A DNA stretch of 64,000 bases from Candidatus Cloacimonadales bacterium (GTDB lineage: Bacteria > Cloacimonadota > Cloacimonadia > Cloacimonadales > JAFGVF01), in contig OY762964.1 of the NCBI GenBank assembly GCA_963667035.1, positions 2,208,001 through 2,272,000 of the forward strand. The letters run 5' to 3'. Below, one piece after another: positions 32,006 to 43,568 of this stretch. The position numbers and the translations under genes were made by a program. Every line of letters starts with the position of its first letter. The stretch's first letter is position 1. Below the pieces are notes generated by a model that saw nothing but the letters and a program-made list of their open reading frames with translations, searched no databases and was not told the DNA's origin.

Positions 32006-32128
32006 TGACCAATCACCATATCTTTAGTATTCATGACTCACAAACATCTCACACAATTCTCACTTCTCAAGTAAGTGTTGAGTAAGTGTTAAGTGAATAA
32101 TATGTGATTATTATGCAAATATTGGTCA
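32006..32128. repeat. Palindromic 11-bp-period array C
   Basis: CTCAC at 32037/32048/32059; GT(G/A)A at 32071/32082/32093/32104; outer TGACCAAT/ATTGGTCA symmetric about 32067. Confidence 0.65.
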
Positions 32129-32272
32129 TAGGAGTAACGAGAAAGAGGAGGGATTTGTTTAGCTGAAACTAATGTCAGCAGAATTATTCTATTGACATAT
32201 TATAATCTATATAGTTTTTAAATATTATAAATTCTAAGTAGAAACACTAAACTCCATTTCTGCGAGGTACCT

Positions 32273-33772
32273 ATGAAGATAGAATTGATTGAGATTATTG
32301 ACAAATCCTTTCCAATGAATGTAGATGAAGAATGTTTGGAAGATATTGGAATCACCAAACATAAAAACAAGTTTAATGATTATCCATATACAGCGAAAAT
32401 TAAGGTTGATGATGAGGTAATGATACTTGGTTGCTTTATGCCGGGAAAAGAGAGTGATGCTGAAGAGTTCAAGGAGCTAATGAAAGATGTGGAAAGACAA
32501 ATAGAACTTGGTGAGAATAAGTTGTTTTTTCCAAATGCTTATATATCAAATTTCCAGTTTAATGAGGTATTAAGGAACATCCCGAATGCTACTAATGCTA
32601 AGTTTTTCTTTTATTTTGAAAATTCAGTATTAAGTGATTGTTACTTTGATAATGTAAAATTCAGGGATAAGACATGTTTTAAACATGTTAAGTTCGGGGA
32701 TAAAACAAGTTTTTAGAATGCTACGTTCGGAAACCATACGAACTTTGATAATGCTAAGTTCGGAGATAAAACTAGCGTCTTAAAAGCATCATTCGGGGAT
32801 CAGACTAGTTTTCTTAAAGTATCATTCGGAAATGAAACAAGCTTTGAAAATGCTACGTTCGGAAATGATACAAGTTTTACTGATACAAAATTCGGGGATA
32901 AGACAAACTTTGACAATGCAAAATTCGGGGATAAGACAAGCTTTGAAAAAGTATTGTTCAAAGGTAAAACTGATTTTAAAGATTCTGTTGCTAAAGGAAT
33001 CAGCTTTAATGGAGCAACAGTATATGAATCACTAAATCTTGGGATTTGTTGCGATGATGATAACAACCAAATGAGATGGATGAATTTAACAGGACTTAAA
33101 ATTCATGGTTTCTTGAAACCAGAGTTGAAAATGGATTTCAAAAGGGAGTTCGCTCCGTGTGTGAGAGGTATTAAATTAGAAAATGGCAAGAAAGATAAGA
33201 AAGATTTGTACTCCATAAAAGAAACATTTCATGTGCTAAAACAAGCATATAATAAATTAGGTAGATATGAAGAGGAAGATTTAGCTTATGTTGAGTTCAA
33301 GAGAGCTGAAGCAAAGTATAAGATTTCAGAAGTTGAATCATCCTCTACAAAGATATGGAAATTGCTTATATATCCGTTCAAGAAGCTATTTTTAGATTTA
33401 ATGGGTGGATATGGCACAAACCCCTTTAGCATAGTTGGAGCAATGGTATTAGCCATTTCTTTGTTTGCTACATTATATACATTGTTTCCTAATCTAATAA
33501 TTGACTCTGACATAAATAAGATTGCAACAGATCCTATATTAAAAAGCGTATGGCATTTAGTATCAGGAAAGTTACCGTTTATTGATTGTACTTTAGTAAA
33601 GAGGCTTGCCAGTTCATTGTATTATAGTGGTATCACATTCTTAACTATCGGATATGGAGATGTTAAACCGGCATCACTCGTAGGTAGAACTTTAGCCTAT
33701 CTTGAAGGATTCTGTGGGTTGTTCCTAATGTCATACCTTACAATTGCTTTTTCTCGGAAGGTACTGAGATGA
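32273..33772 (+). pseudogene. Pentapeptide-repeat / K+ channel (Ion_trans_2) protein interrupted by an in-frame TAG at 32714-32716
   Basis: Both ORFs share one frame; 11-aa FGDKTxFxNAx repeats continue through the stop; TIGYGD filter motif. Confidence 0.8.
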
Positions 33773-33806
33773 CAGAAAATGTTATCATAGCCTTCTTTCA
33801 AGAACT

Positions 33807-35981
33807 CTAGAACGTATATCCTATATTAATATAGTTCCTTAGCTCTCGGTCTCTGTCATTTCCCATAAGAGTGTATTCGATAGGTCCGATCGGAGTCTTA
33901 TAAGCAAAGCTAAGTCCAACACCATGAGTCCAGAAATCCTCTTTGCCGAATCCTGATAAATCCCGAATGACCCTACCGGAGTCCCAACGAGCTATAAAGA
34001 ATACATTGCTGAAGGCTTCATACTGTAATCTTAGCCTACCGATAAATGCATCTTCCGCTACAACTTCTCCAAAATAGTAACCGGTGAATGGTCTTCCATT
34101 CTGTTTATCAGTAAAACCACCAAGATAGTAGGTTTCTTCAGCAGGTACGGAAGAGCTGTTAGTACTCCCTGCAAAACTTCCTATTGCTATAGCAAACCTC
34201 TTATGCAAGGGAATAATCTCCTCTGTGGATAAAAAGAATCTTATGAAATGTTCATCATTGTTCTCAAGCTCATCAAAGCAATTAAACCATTTATACTCAC
34301 AATAAGTATGACTACCTTTAGTTGGATATATGGATTTGTTTCGTGTATCAATCTCTCCATAAACAGCTGAACGTAGCCACCAATTAGAAGTTTCTACTTC
34401 TCCCCATTGTTCGGGAACTATCTCTCCCTTTATCTCAGAACGCAAGATTTCCAGAGATGTTCCTATTTGGAAATTATCTGAGAATATAGTGTTAATGAAC
34501 AGAATCATGGATGCATTATCTATACCAAGTTGAGCTTGCTTGACTCCGTCAGTGTTTCTATAAATGAAGTCAAACTCATCGTAAATCATATCTATTTTGA
34601 AACCGAAACCGGGCCTTAGCCCTGTATGAATAAACTCCGAATAGTGGAATGTCTTGTTGTCACCCAAAGCAATATCAATTGTTACTTTAGAACCTTCCAC
34701 AATCATGTTTCTAAAGGTTGTATTAAGTAGTATTGATGCTTTCATATCACTGTCGTAATGGAATCCGGCTCTAAAGAGATTCTTCTGTTTCTCTTCTACA
34801 TCTATAATCAGAATATGCTCATTATCATCAGTTGGAACTATCCTGTACTTTATCTTGTTGAAGAACCTTGTCCCGTATAACTGAGTAACAGCTCTATCAA
34901 TTCTATCAAGACTATATGTATAACCTTCTCGTAATGGCATTTTACCGATTACAAGGTTCTTAGATACATTCTTTAATCCTTCAATCTTGATTTTCTTTAA
35001 CACAATATCTTCAGTGTTGCTATTCCTATACATTGCCTCGGAAGTATTAACTCTATTTTGAAGTTTAATCAAATGTGGTATGACTTTTCTGGCTGCCCTC
35101 TCCCCTATTGCAATCAATGAATCGGCTTTATTGAAATCAGTGATTGAATAATTACTGACTTCGGGAATAATCAGAATATCGGCTAAATCCCTTTCTCTCT
35201 TATTATTCTCTGCTCCGTATAATCCAATCGATTGCTCCATTATTTCAATCATAGAGTTTAGTTCATCCTTTGAATGCAACTCTGTGCCGACATCGACACC
35301 TATGACAAAATCAGCACCCATGTTTTTACAATCCGATACAGGGAAATTCCTAACCAAGCCACCGTCTACCAATAGTAAACTATCAACCGTTACAGGTTTG
35401 AACATTGAGGGTATGGACATACTAGCTCTTATCGCTTCAGGAAGATAACCTCTATCAAGTACAACATCATCTCCGGTTTCAATATTGGTAGCAATACAAA
35501 GGAAAGGTATTGGAAGGTTTCTAAAATCATCTATATCATGATAACCATATGTAAGCTTTGTTAGTAACTGTGTAATATTCTGACCCGATACCATGCCGGA
35601 TGGAAGCTTTATCTTTAGCTTTTCTATAGGGAAAGTAGCCACATATTTAGAATCACTATCTTTCTCCTCCATAGAAACATTAACCCTCGGAAGCTCATCA
35701 AACAATATTTCGTTCCAGTCCAAACTCAAGATTATATCTTCGAGCTCTTCGGCAGAATAACCAATACTATACAATGCCCCAATAATACTACCCATACTTG
35801 TTCCCGTTATAAACTCGGGTTTGATATTGTACTCTTCAAGAACTTTCAAAACACCAATATGGGCAATTCCCTTTGCTCCTCCCCCACTAAGGGTAAGTCC
35901 TACTTTAGGTTGAATAGCAATTATTGCAGTTATGTTAACAATAATAAAGAAAATCAATAACAGTCTAGAATTATACTTCAT
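33807..35981 (-). CDS. Patatin-like phospholipase with POTRA and Omp85 barrel (PlpD/type Vd-like)
   Basis: SGGGAKG, GTSMG and DGG motifs; C-terminal TPIGPI...YINIGYTF. Confidence 0.9.
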   Translation of the reverse strand: MKYNSRLLLIFFIIVNITAIIAIQPKVGLTLSGGGAKGIAHIGVLKVLEEYNIKPEFITGTSMGSIIGALYSIGYSAEELEDIILSLDWNEILFDELPRVNVSMEEKDSDSKYVATFPIEKLKIKLPSGMVSGQNITQLLTKLTYGYHDIDDFRNLPIPFLCIATNIETGDDVVLDRGYLPEAIRASMSIPSMFKPVTVDSLLLVDGGLVRNFPVSDCKNMGADFVIGVDVGTELHSKDELNSMIEIMEQSIGLYGAENNKRERDLADILIIPEVSNYSITDFNKADSLIAIGERAARKVIPHLIKLQNRVNTSEAMYRNSNTEDIVLKKIKIEGLKNVSKNLVIGKMPLREGYTYSLDRIDRAVTQLYGTRFFNKIKYRIVPTDDNEHILIIDVEEKQKNLFRAGFHYDSDMKASILLNTTFRNMIVEGSKVTIDIALGDNKTFHYSEFIHTGLRPGFGFKIDMIYDEFDFIYRNTDGVKQAQLGIDNASMILFINTIFSDNFQIGTSLEILRSEIKGEIVPEQWGEVETSNWWLRSAVYGEIDTRNKSIYPTKGSHTYCEYKWFNCFDELENNDEHFIRFFLSTEEIIPLHKRFAIAIGSFAGSTNSSSVPAEETYYLGGFTDKQNGRPFTGYYFGEVVAEDAFIGRLRLQYEAFSNVFFIARWDSGRVIRDLSGFGKEDFWTHGVGLSFAYKTPIGPIEYTLMGNDRDRELRNYINIGYTF

Positions 35982-36200
35982 ACTAACCTCATGTTAATGA
36001 TATTATAAAGTTTCATATTTGTCAATACTGATTTCTATTCAATTCCGAAAATGTGATTATATTAGCACTGCTTTATGGCTTTTCATATACCTAAACAAAC
36101 TTTGAGTATCATTGAATGTTGCTACTTTGAATTAAATACTTATTGACACTTTTATATTTATATCACAATAAGTGTATAATTCATAAAGGAGAGTCTGATT

Positions 36201-36485
36201 ATGAGCAAATTCAAGGTAACAAGGGTTGTTGATCCCGGCACATTCGTAGTGTCGCCCACCTGGGAATGGCAAGGAGATAAAGGTAAATATATCAGAATAA
36301 CCGGATATATATGTCCTGGCTGCGAAAATCCTATATATGAATCAGCTTTAAAAAGGTTAAAGAATCTTATAAAAGGTAAGAATGTCGAACTGAGGCATGC
36401 ATATAGAATAGATAGTAATAGACTTGTATGTGATGTATATTTGAATGGGATCAACATAGCAGATTTCTTCCCGGAGTTTAAGTAG
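36201..36485 (+). CDS. Small thermonuclease (SNase)-like protein
   Basis: VTRVVDxxTF, IRITGYxxP, LKNLIKGKNVEL and RLVCDVYLNG. Confidence 0.7.
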   Translation: MSKFKVTRVVDPGTFVVSPTWEWQGDKGKYIRITGYICPGCENPIYESALKRLKNLIKGKNVELRHAYRIDSNRLVCDVYLNGINIADFFPEFK

Positions 36486-36625
36486 AAGAAGCAATCCGTA
36501 TATTTGAACTTAGATATAAACTGTTAAAGTTCTATTAATAAAAGAGTTAGCTATATATTATCCTTGACATATTTTAGTGGTTAATGTTTTTATTCATCAT
36601 TATTTCAAATAATGATGGGTAAAAA

Positions 36626-36913
36626 ATGAAAAGAAACATTGTTGTGGAGATCTGTGGACCCAACCTCTTAAAAACGAAAGAAAATTGGGAATATAACGGT
36701 AGTAAAGGCAATATTATTAGGGTTACCGGATATAAGGCAAACAAGCTTTCAGAGCGAGAAAAGATAACAATTGAGAAAAGGTTAAAGTATCTTGTTCTAA
36801 ACAAATCCGTTGAGTTAAGAAAGATACATCGAGTAAATGAAAACATTTTAGAGTGCGATGTTTATGTAAACGGATTAAACGTATCAGAATACTTTCCGGA
36901 TTTTGGAGACTAA
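36626..36913 (+). CDS. Second small SNase-like paralogue
   Basis: IRVTGY, LVLNKSVEL and CDVYVNGLNVSEYFP match the upstream gene. Confidence 0.65.
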   Translation: MKRNIVVEICGPNLLKTKENWEYNGSKGNIIRVTGYKANKLSEREKITIEKRLKYLVLNKSVELRKIHRVNENILECDVYVNGLNVSEYFPDFGD

Positions 36914-37019
36914 GCTATCATCCTTTAACAAGTTCGTAGCAATAGCTTCCATAGAATTTTCTTTACAAATATAATGAGGAAAATTAATTGGAGTTTCATA
37001 AAATTAAAGGAGAAACGAA

Positions 37020-37289
37020 ATGGCGTTGAAGAAAGAGGCCAAAACGGCTATCATGGCAGAGTTTAAACTCCATGAGGGAGACACTGGAAGTCCTGAAGTT
37101 CAAATCGCTCTTTTGACTACAAGAATTAAAGAGATAACCGAGCATTTAAAAGTTCATAAGAAAGACTTTTCAACAAGAAGAGGCTTACTTAAAATGATTG
37201 GTAAGCGTAGACGACTTCTTAACTACCTTATGGACAAGGATATCGAAAGATATCGTGCTATAATAAAAGCATTAGGTTTAAGACGTTAA
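37020..37289 (+). CDS. rpsO: 30S ribosomal protein S15
   Basis: [17 protein letters not shown] and [15 protein letters not shown]. Confidence 0.98.
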   Translation: MALKKEAKTAIMAEFKLHEGDTGSPEVQIALLTTRIKEITEHLKVHKKDFSTRRGLLKMIGKRRRLLNYLMDKDIERYRAIIKALGLRR

Positions 37290-37294
37290 TGTAC

Positions 37295-37322
37295 AGGGGG
37301 ATTTATATCCCCCTTTTATTTT
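37295..37322 (+). terminator. Terminator after rpsO
   Basis: AGGGGGAT-TTAT-ATCCCCCT followed by a T-rich tract. Confidence 0.7.
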
Positions 37323-37442
37323 GATTAGTTAAAAATCAGTTAAAGTCGGCTCGGATGTTAAGCAATACATTAAATTCATTAATAAATGGCTTTAATATAT
37401 TGCTTTTTGTCCCGACTGACACAAATCAGAAAAGGAGCAGAA

Positions 37443-39701
37443 ATGCATAATTTTAATATTACAAAAAAAGAGATGGACCTTTGCGGAACAAAGGTTACAT
37501 ACGAAACAGGTAGAATAGCCAAACAAGCAAACGGTGCTGTATTGGCAACTCAGGGTGAAACAACAATTCTTGTTACTGCAACTATGGGGAAAGAACCTAA
37601 AGAATTCACAGATTTCTTCCCATTAACAGTAGACTTCATTGAAAAGATGTATGCTTCAGGTAAGATTCCTGGAGGATTCTTCAAAAGAGAAGCTAAACCT
37701 TCAACAACAGCGACACTTAATGCTCGCATCGTTGACCGTTCAATCCGTCCTTTATTCCCTGAAGGATTCAGAAATGCTGTACATGTTGTTGTTACAGTTT
37801 TATCCTATGATGGTGTTAATGACCCGGGAATAATGGCAGTTTCAGCAGCCTCAGCTGCTCTTGGAATATCAGACATACCTTTCAATGGTAAAATAGCAGG
37901 TATCACAGTTGGCTATATTAATGACCAATTTGTTGTGAACCCTCCAAATGATAAACTTCAAGAAGAGTCAAAACTTAATCTAACAATATCCGGCTCTGAT
38001 ACTTCAATTGTTATGATTGAAGCAGCTGCAAATGAGTTAACAGAAGAACAATTGCTGGAAGCTGTTTACACAGGTCACGAAGAGATTAAGAAAGTAATTG
38101 CAATGCAATCAGAATTCATTTCATTAGCCGGTAAAGAGAAGATTGTGCCAAAACTAGACCTTGTTCCTGAAGAAATCATGCAAGAACTGGAAGAAAAGTA
38201 TGGTGCAAAAGTCAAAGAAGCCGCCGGTATTAATGGAAAGCTGGAAAGAAATGAAGCCTTTGATGCCATTGAAGAAGAAATGATGGCAAAATATGAAGAA
38301 GAGCTTTCAGAAGATGAGTTTGCTGAAAAACAGAGATGGTTTGCCAATGGTTTCCATGACCTTATAAAGAAATTCGTAAGACATGCAATACTCTTTAATC
38401 ATCACCGTGTAGATGGAAGAGGATTAGATGATATTAGAGACATCACTTGTGAAATTGACGTACTCCCAAGAGTTCACGGAACAGCTTTATTTACCAGAGG
38501 TGAAACACAATCTTTAGGAACCGTTACTTTAGGCAGTGCTGCCGGCGAACAGATTATTGACGGTCTTGATGAAGAATATAAAAAGAATTTCTTCCTCCAT
38601 TATAACTTCCCACCTTTCAGTGTTGGTGAAGCAGGATTTATGCGTGGACCCGGAAGAAGAGAACTTGGACATGGTAATTTAGCCGAAAGAGCTTTGCAAG
38701 CAGTTATGCCTGATAAAGACAGTTTCCCTTATACAATTCGAGTAGTCTCCGAGATTACAGAATCAAACGGTTCTTCTTCACAAGCTACTATTTGTAGTGG
38801 TAGTTTATCACTTATGGCTGCAGGTGTTCCTGTTAAAGCCGCAGTTGCAGGTATAGCAAACGGTCTGATTATGGAGAATGACAAGTTTGTTGTTCTTACT
38901 GACATCATGGGATTGGAAGACCATTTAGGCGACATGGATTTCAAGGTTGCGGGAACCAAAGATGGTATCACTGCAATGCAAATGGATATCAAGATTGAAG
39001 GTATCACAAAAGAAATTATGTCTATAGCTCTAAGTAAAGCACATACAGCAAGATTATACATCTTGGATAAAATGAATGCAGTTATCCCTGAACCTAGAAA
39101 AAACCTCTCAGCTTATGCTCCTGCAATTGAAGCAATCAACGTACCTACCGATAAGATTGGCGAAATCATAGGACCAGGAGGTAAAAATATTAAGGCTATT
39201 ATCGAACAAACTCAGGCTGAAATAGATATTCAGGACAGCGGACTTGTAAGAATTTTTGCAAACGATGCAGAAAGCATGAATTCCGCTAAAGAGATGATTG
39301 GTAATATTTATAGAGACCCTGAGATGGATAAGATATATCAAGGTATTATCTCTCGTGTTGAGTCATACGGTGTATTTGTAAAATTCATGGGTGGTTATAA
39401 AGAAGGTCTTGTTCATGTCTCTAAGCTTGACGAGAGAAGAATCAGCAGTCCTGCATCTTATCTATTCGTTGGAGATGTAGTAAACGTGAGATATACAGGT
39501 TCTGATAATGGTAAAGTACAGCTTTCAATGAAAGGCGTAGAGGGAAATCCTGAGCCTGATGAGATAGCTTTACAACCAGCTCCGCCAAGAGAGCGTAGTG
39601 ACCGTAATGATCGCGATAATGGTGGTAGAGGAAGATTTGATAATCGTCGCGGATCAGGTGATAGAAGAAGTTTCGGTGACAGAGATAAAAGAAGAAGGTA
39701 A
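37443..39701 (+). CDS. pnp: Polyribonucleotide nucleotidyltransferase
   Basis: [32 protein letters not shown] and [11 protein letters not shown] and S1 domains. Confidence 0.98.
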   Translation: MHNFNITKKEMDLCGTKVTYETGRIAKQANGAVLATQGETTILVTATMGKEPKEFTDFFPLTVDFIEKMYASGKIPGGFFKREAKPSTTATLNARIVDRSIRPLFPEGFRNAVHVVVTVLSYDGVNDPGIMAVSAASAALGISDIPFNGKIAGITVGYINDQFVVNPPNDKLQEESKLNLTISGSDTSIVMIEAAANELTEEQLLEAVYTGHEEIKKVIAMQSEFISLAGKEKIVPKLDLVPEEIMQELEEKYGAKVKEAAGINGKLERNEAFDAIEEEMMAKYEEELSEDEFAEKQRWFANGFHDLIKKFVRHAILFNHHRVDGRGLDDIRDITCEIDVLPRVHGTALFTRGETQSLGTVTLGSAAGEQIIDGLDEEYKKNFFLHYNFPPFSVGEAGFMRGPGRRELGHGNLAERALQAVMPDKDSFPYTIRVVSEITESNGSSSQATICSGSLSLMAAGVPVKAAVAGIANGLIMENDKFVVLTDIMGLEDHLGDMDFKVAGTKDGITAMQMDIKIEGITKEIMSIALSKAHTARLYILDKMNAVIPEPRKNLSAYAPAIEAINVPTDKIGEIIGPGGKNIKAIIEQTQAEIDIQDSGLVRIFANDAESMNSAKEMIGNIYRDPEMDKIYQGIISRVESYGVFVKFMGGYKEGLVHVSKLDERRISSPASYLFVGDVVNVRYTGSDNGKVQLSMKGVEGNPEPDEIALQPAPPRERSDRNDRDNGGRGRFDNRRGSGDRRSFGDRDKRRR

Positions 39702-39715
39702 ATAGAGAGATATTT

Positions 39716-41122
39716 ATGAAGTATAAAATCAAAGATATTGCCTTATCTGATTTTGGAAGAATGGAGATAAAGATTTCTGAAGTAGAGATGCCAGGCTTAA
39801 TGGCTCTTCAGAACAAATATAAAGAATTAAAGCCTTTGAAAGGTGCTAAAATAACAGGTAGTTTGCACATGACTGTACAAACTGCCGTGTTAATTGAAAC
39901 TCTTGCAGCTCTTGGAGCGGAAATTAGATGGGCAAGCTGTAACATCTATTCTACTCAAGACCATGCTGCAGCGGCTATAGCAGACCAAGGTATTCCCGTT
40001 TTTGCATGGAAAGGTGAAACACTCGAAGAATACTGGTGGTGTACTAAAATGGCCCTCACTTGGGGGGAATCAGGTGGCCCTGACTTAATCGTTGATGATG
40101 GCGGAGATGCTACCCTTATGATTCTGGAAGGCTGTAAATTGGAGAAAGAATACGCCAGCACTGGGAAATTACCTGAGATTACTACAGATAACAGAGAGTT
40201 TGCTATTCTCCAAAGAGCTATAATCGAAGATATAGAAAAGTATCCAACAAAATGGCAAGTTATTGCTAAAAACCTTAAGGGTGTTAGTGAAGAGACAACA
40301 ACAGGTGTGCACAGATTGTACCAAAGAATGGAAATCGGCGAACTGCTTTTCCCTGCTATTAATGTTAATGATTCAGTAACAAAATCTAAGTTCGATAACA
40401 CTTATGGTTGCAGAGAATCTTTGGCTGACGGCATAAAAAGAGGAACAGACGTTATGATAGCAGGTAAGCAAGTAGTTGTTTGCGGTTATGGTGACGTTGG
40501 TAAAGGCTGTGCCAAATCCATGTATGGATTTGGTGCCAGAGTAGTTGTAACGGAAATAGACCCTATATGTGCACTTCAAGCAGCAATGGACGGTCTTACC
40601 GTCGCCCCTGTTGAAGATTTCATCAGTACGGGAGATATTTTTGTGACGGCAACCGGCAATAGAGACGTTATCACCGTTGAGCATATGGCAGCAATGAAAG
40701 ATCAAGCTATTGTATGCAATATAGGGCACTTTGATAATGAAATTCAAGTAGATAAATTATATGCAACTCCGGGAGTTCAAAAAGTTAATATCAAACCTCA
40801 GGTTGATAAGATAATATTCCCTGACGGACATTGCATAATTCTGCTTAGTGAAGGACGCTTAGTAAATCTTGGTAATGCTACCGGACATCCATCTTTTGTG
40901 ATGAGTAATTCATTCACGAATCAAGTGCTGGCTCAGCTACAGTTATGGCAAGAAAAGCATGAGAATATTGTTTATAGACTTCCAAAAGAACTTGATGAAG
41001 AAGTTGCCAGATTACACCTTGACAAATTAGGAGTCAAATTGACAAAATTGTCGTCCGAACAGGCACAGTATATAGGCGTTCAAGTTGAAGGCCCATATAA
41101 ACCTGATCATTATAGATATTAA
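39716..41122 (+). CDS. ahcY: Adenosylhomocysteinase
   Basis: [34 protein letters not shown] and [10 protein letters not shown]. Confidence 0.98.
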   Translation: MKYKIKDIALSDFGRMEIKISEVEMPGLMALQNKYKELKPLKGAKITGSLHMTVQTAVLIETLAALGAEIRWASCNIYSTQDHAAAAIADQGIPVFAWKGETLEEYWWCTKMALTWGESGGPDLIVDDGGDATLMILEGCKLEKEYASTGKLPEITTDNREFAILQRAIIEDIEKYPTKWQVIAKNLKGVSEETTTGVHRLYQRMEIGELLFPAINVNDSVTKSKFDNTYGCRESLADGIKRGTDVMIAGKQVVVCGYGDVGKGCAKSMYGFGARVVVTEIDPICALQAAMDGLTVAPVEDFISTGDIFVTATGNRDVITVEHMAAMKDQAIVCNIGHFDNEIQVDKLYATPGVQKVNIKPQVDKIIFPDGHCIILLSEGRLVNLGNATGHPSFVMSNSFTNQVLAQLQLWQEKHENIVYRLPKELDEEVARLHLDKLGVKLTKLSSEQAQYIGVQVEGPYKPDHYRY

Positions 41123-41150
41123 TTTTACAAACATAATAATTGGAGGATTT

Positions 41151-42458
41151 ATGGATTTGATTAAAAAGATTCAGGACAAATCAGCTGTAATCGGTGTTGT
41201 TGGCTTAGGATATGTAGGTCTACCTATGGCTGTTGCTGTTGCAAGAAAGGGTTATAAGGTGCTGGGTGTAGACGTAAGCAAACATGCCGTAGCATCTGTT
41301 AATAAGGGCGAAAATTACATTGGTGATGTAGATGATGATGAACTTCGTGACATCGTTGCTAAGGGTATGTTAAGTGCATCATTGGATTATGCTCCATTAG
41401 CAGAAGCTGATATCATCATGACTGCCGTTCCAACACCATTGGATAAGTATCAGCAACCTGATTCTTCTTATGTTCGTCAATCTACTGCCTCATTAGCTGA
41501 AGTAGTTACTAAAAATACATTAATCATACTTGAGAGTACTACTTATCCGGGAACTACCAGAGAGATTGTTGTTCCGGCTTTAGAAGCTAAAGGCTTTGTA
41601 ATTGGTGAAGATATGTTTGTAGCCTTCTCTCCTGAAAGAGTTGATCCCGGTAATACAAACTACCATACAGCAAACACTGATAAAGTTGTTGGTGGTGTAT
41701 CTCCTAAATGTAATGAGATTTCGAAAGCTTTTTATGAAGCAATTTTAGAAGCTCCTATTCATACCGTTTCATGTCCTGAAGTAGCTGAGATGGAAAAAAT
41801 ATATGAAAATACTTTCCGCAACATCAACATTGCTTTAGCAAACGAAATGACCATTCTTTGCGAACGTATGGGAATCAACATGTGGGAAGTTATTGAGGCT
41901 GCCAAAACAAAACCTTACGGTTTCATGGCTTTCTATCCTGGACCCGGTATCGGTGGTCACTGTATTCCTCTTGATCCTTTCTATTTAACTTGGAAAGCTC
42001 GTGAATATACTTACCATACAAGATTAATCGAGTTAGCAGGAGAGATTAACAACTCTATGCCTGAGTATGTAGTACAACGTGCTATCAAAATGCTTAACCG
42101 TAAAGGTATGAGCATCTCTAAAGCTAAGGTGCTTGTTCTTGGTGTTGCTTATAAGAAAGATATAGCAGACCCAAGAGAATCTCCAGTTGAAAGAGTTATC
42201 AAAGAGCTTGAAGACTTAAATGTTAATTTCGACTTGAATGATCCTTTTGTTCAATCTCCATTCCATAATGAATTTAACGATAAGCATTATGAAACAAAAC
42301 CTTGGGATGAATTGAACCTCAAGAGTTATGACCTCATCATGATTGTAACAGATCATAGTTGTTATGATTATCAAGCAATAGTTAATACAGGTGTAGATAT
42401 TCTTGATACAAGAAATGCTACTAAAGGCATTAAAGCAGATAACATAACATTATTATAA
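41151..42458 (+). CDS. Nucleotide-sugar (UDP-GlcNAc-type) 6-dehydrogenase
   Basis: GLGYVGLP, ESTTYPGTT, SPERVDPG and GGHCIPLDP. Confidence 0.92.
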   Translation: MDLIKKIQDKSAVIGVVGLGYVGLPMAVAVARKGYKVLGVDVSKHAVASVNKGENYIGDVDDDELRDIVAKGMLSASLDYAPLAEADIIMTAVPTPLDKYQQPDSSYVRQSTASLAEVVTKNTLIILESTTYPGTTREIVVPALEAKGFVIGEDMFVAFSPERVDPGNTNYHTANTDKVVGGVSPKCNEISKAFYEAILEAPIHTVSCPEVAEMEKIYENTFRNINIALANEMTILCERMGINMWEVIEAAKTKPYGFMAFYPGPGIGGHCIPLDPFYLTWKAREYTYHTRLIELAGEINNSMPEYVVQRAIKMLNRKGMSISKAKVLVLGVAYKKDIADPRESPVERVIKELEDLNVNFDLNDPFVQSPFHNEFNDKHYETKPWDELNLKSYDLIMIVTDHSCYDYQAIVNTGVDILDTRNATKGIKADNITLL

Positions 42459-42545
42459 ATCTTAGTTTGAGCTTAAGCTTTTAAAAGCTTAAGCTCTTTC
42501 TTTTTGTAGGATTATAAGAATGTCCCCAGTTGGAGAATACAATTA

Positions 42546-43559
42546 ATGAAAACAATTCTTCTCACAGGTGGTACCGGTTTCATTGGATCACATGTAGCTG
42601 TTGAACTATTGCAACTTGGTTATAATGTTGTAATATTTGATAATCTTTCTAACAGTAAAATTGAAGTTCTTGATAGAGTTGAAGTTATTACAGGTAAAAG
42701 GCCATCCTTCGTTAAACTAGATTTATGTAATTATGAGGATTTAGATAAAGCCTTTAAAATGTATCGAATAGATAGTGTTATTCATTTTGCAGGGCTAAAA
42801 TCAGTAGGGGAATCCGTGACAAAACCTCTTGATACCTATGAAAACAACCTTGTGTCTACTATCAATTTGATTAAAGTCATGAGTACACATGGCGTAAAGA
42901 ACCTCATTTTCAGTTCATCAGCAACAGTGTATTCTAGTGCAAAGCATTTTCCGGTATCGGAAGAAACTCCTACAATAGCTATAAATCCCTATGGAAATAC
43001 AAAAAAGATTATTGAGGAAATTTTATCTGATATCACTATTGCTGATAATGAATGGAGTATTACAATCCTAAGGTATTTTAATCCTGCAGGAGCACATTCC
43101 AGTGGTTTGATAGGTGAAGACCCTAATGGTATACCAACTAATCTCTTCCCCATTATTACAGGAGTAGCAAACCGCAAGTATGATAGGATTAAAGTGTTTG
43201 GTAACGACTACCCAACTAAAGATGGCACATGTATTCGTGATTATATTCACGTTGTAGATTTGGCCAAAGGGCACGTTGCTGCTTTAACTAATACCCTAAA
43301 TGGATATAATGTCTTTAATCTTGGCTCTGGAGTTGGTTATAGTGTATTAGAAACTATCAAAGCTTTCGAAAATGTCACGGGAATTGAGATTCCGTACGAA
43401 ATTACAGCAAGGAGAACAGGTGATATTCCTGTTAGTTATGCAGATCCCCAAAAGGCAAATAAGCAACTTGATTGGAAAGCTGAGTTGTCTCTTGAAGATA
43501 TGTGTAGAGATGCTTGGAATTGGCAGTTAAAAAATAATAATATGAATAATTCAAACTAA
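42546..43559 (+). CDS. galE: UDP-glucose 4-epimerase
   Basis: TGGTGFIGSH, HFAGLKSVGES, YxxxK, LRYFNP and RDYIHVVDLA. Confidence 0.95.
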   Translation: MKTILLTGGTGFIGSHVAVELLQLGYNVVIFDNLSNSKIEVLDRVEVITGKRPSFVKLDLCNYEDLDKAFKMYRIDSVIHFAGLKSVGESVTKPLDTYENNLVSTINLIKVMSTHGVKNLIFSSSATVYSSAKHFPVSEETPTIAINPYGNTKKIIEEILSDITIADNEWSITILRYFNPAGAHSSGLIGEDPNGIPTNLFPIITGVANRKYDRIKVFGNDYPTKDGTCIRDYIHVVDLAKGHVAALTNTLNGYNVFNLGSGVGYSVLETIKAFENVTGIEIPYEITARRTGDIPVSYADPQKANKQLDWKAELSLEDMCRDAWNWQLKNNNMNNSN

Positions 43560-43568
43560 GGAGATAAA

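Noticed and set aside
32714..32716. Pyrrolysine or alternative genetic code
   Set aside because: TAG terminates many normal genes here, Glu is expected from the repeat, and no pyl genes are seen.
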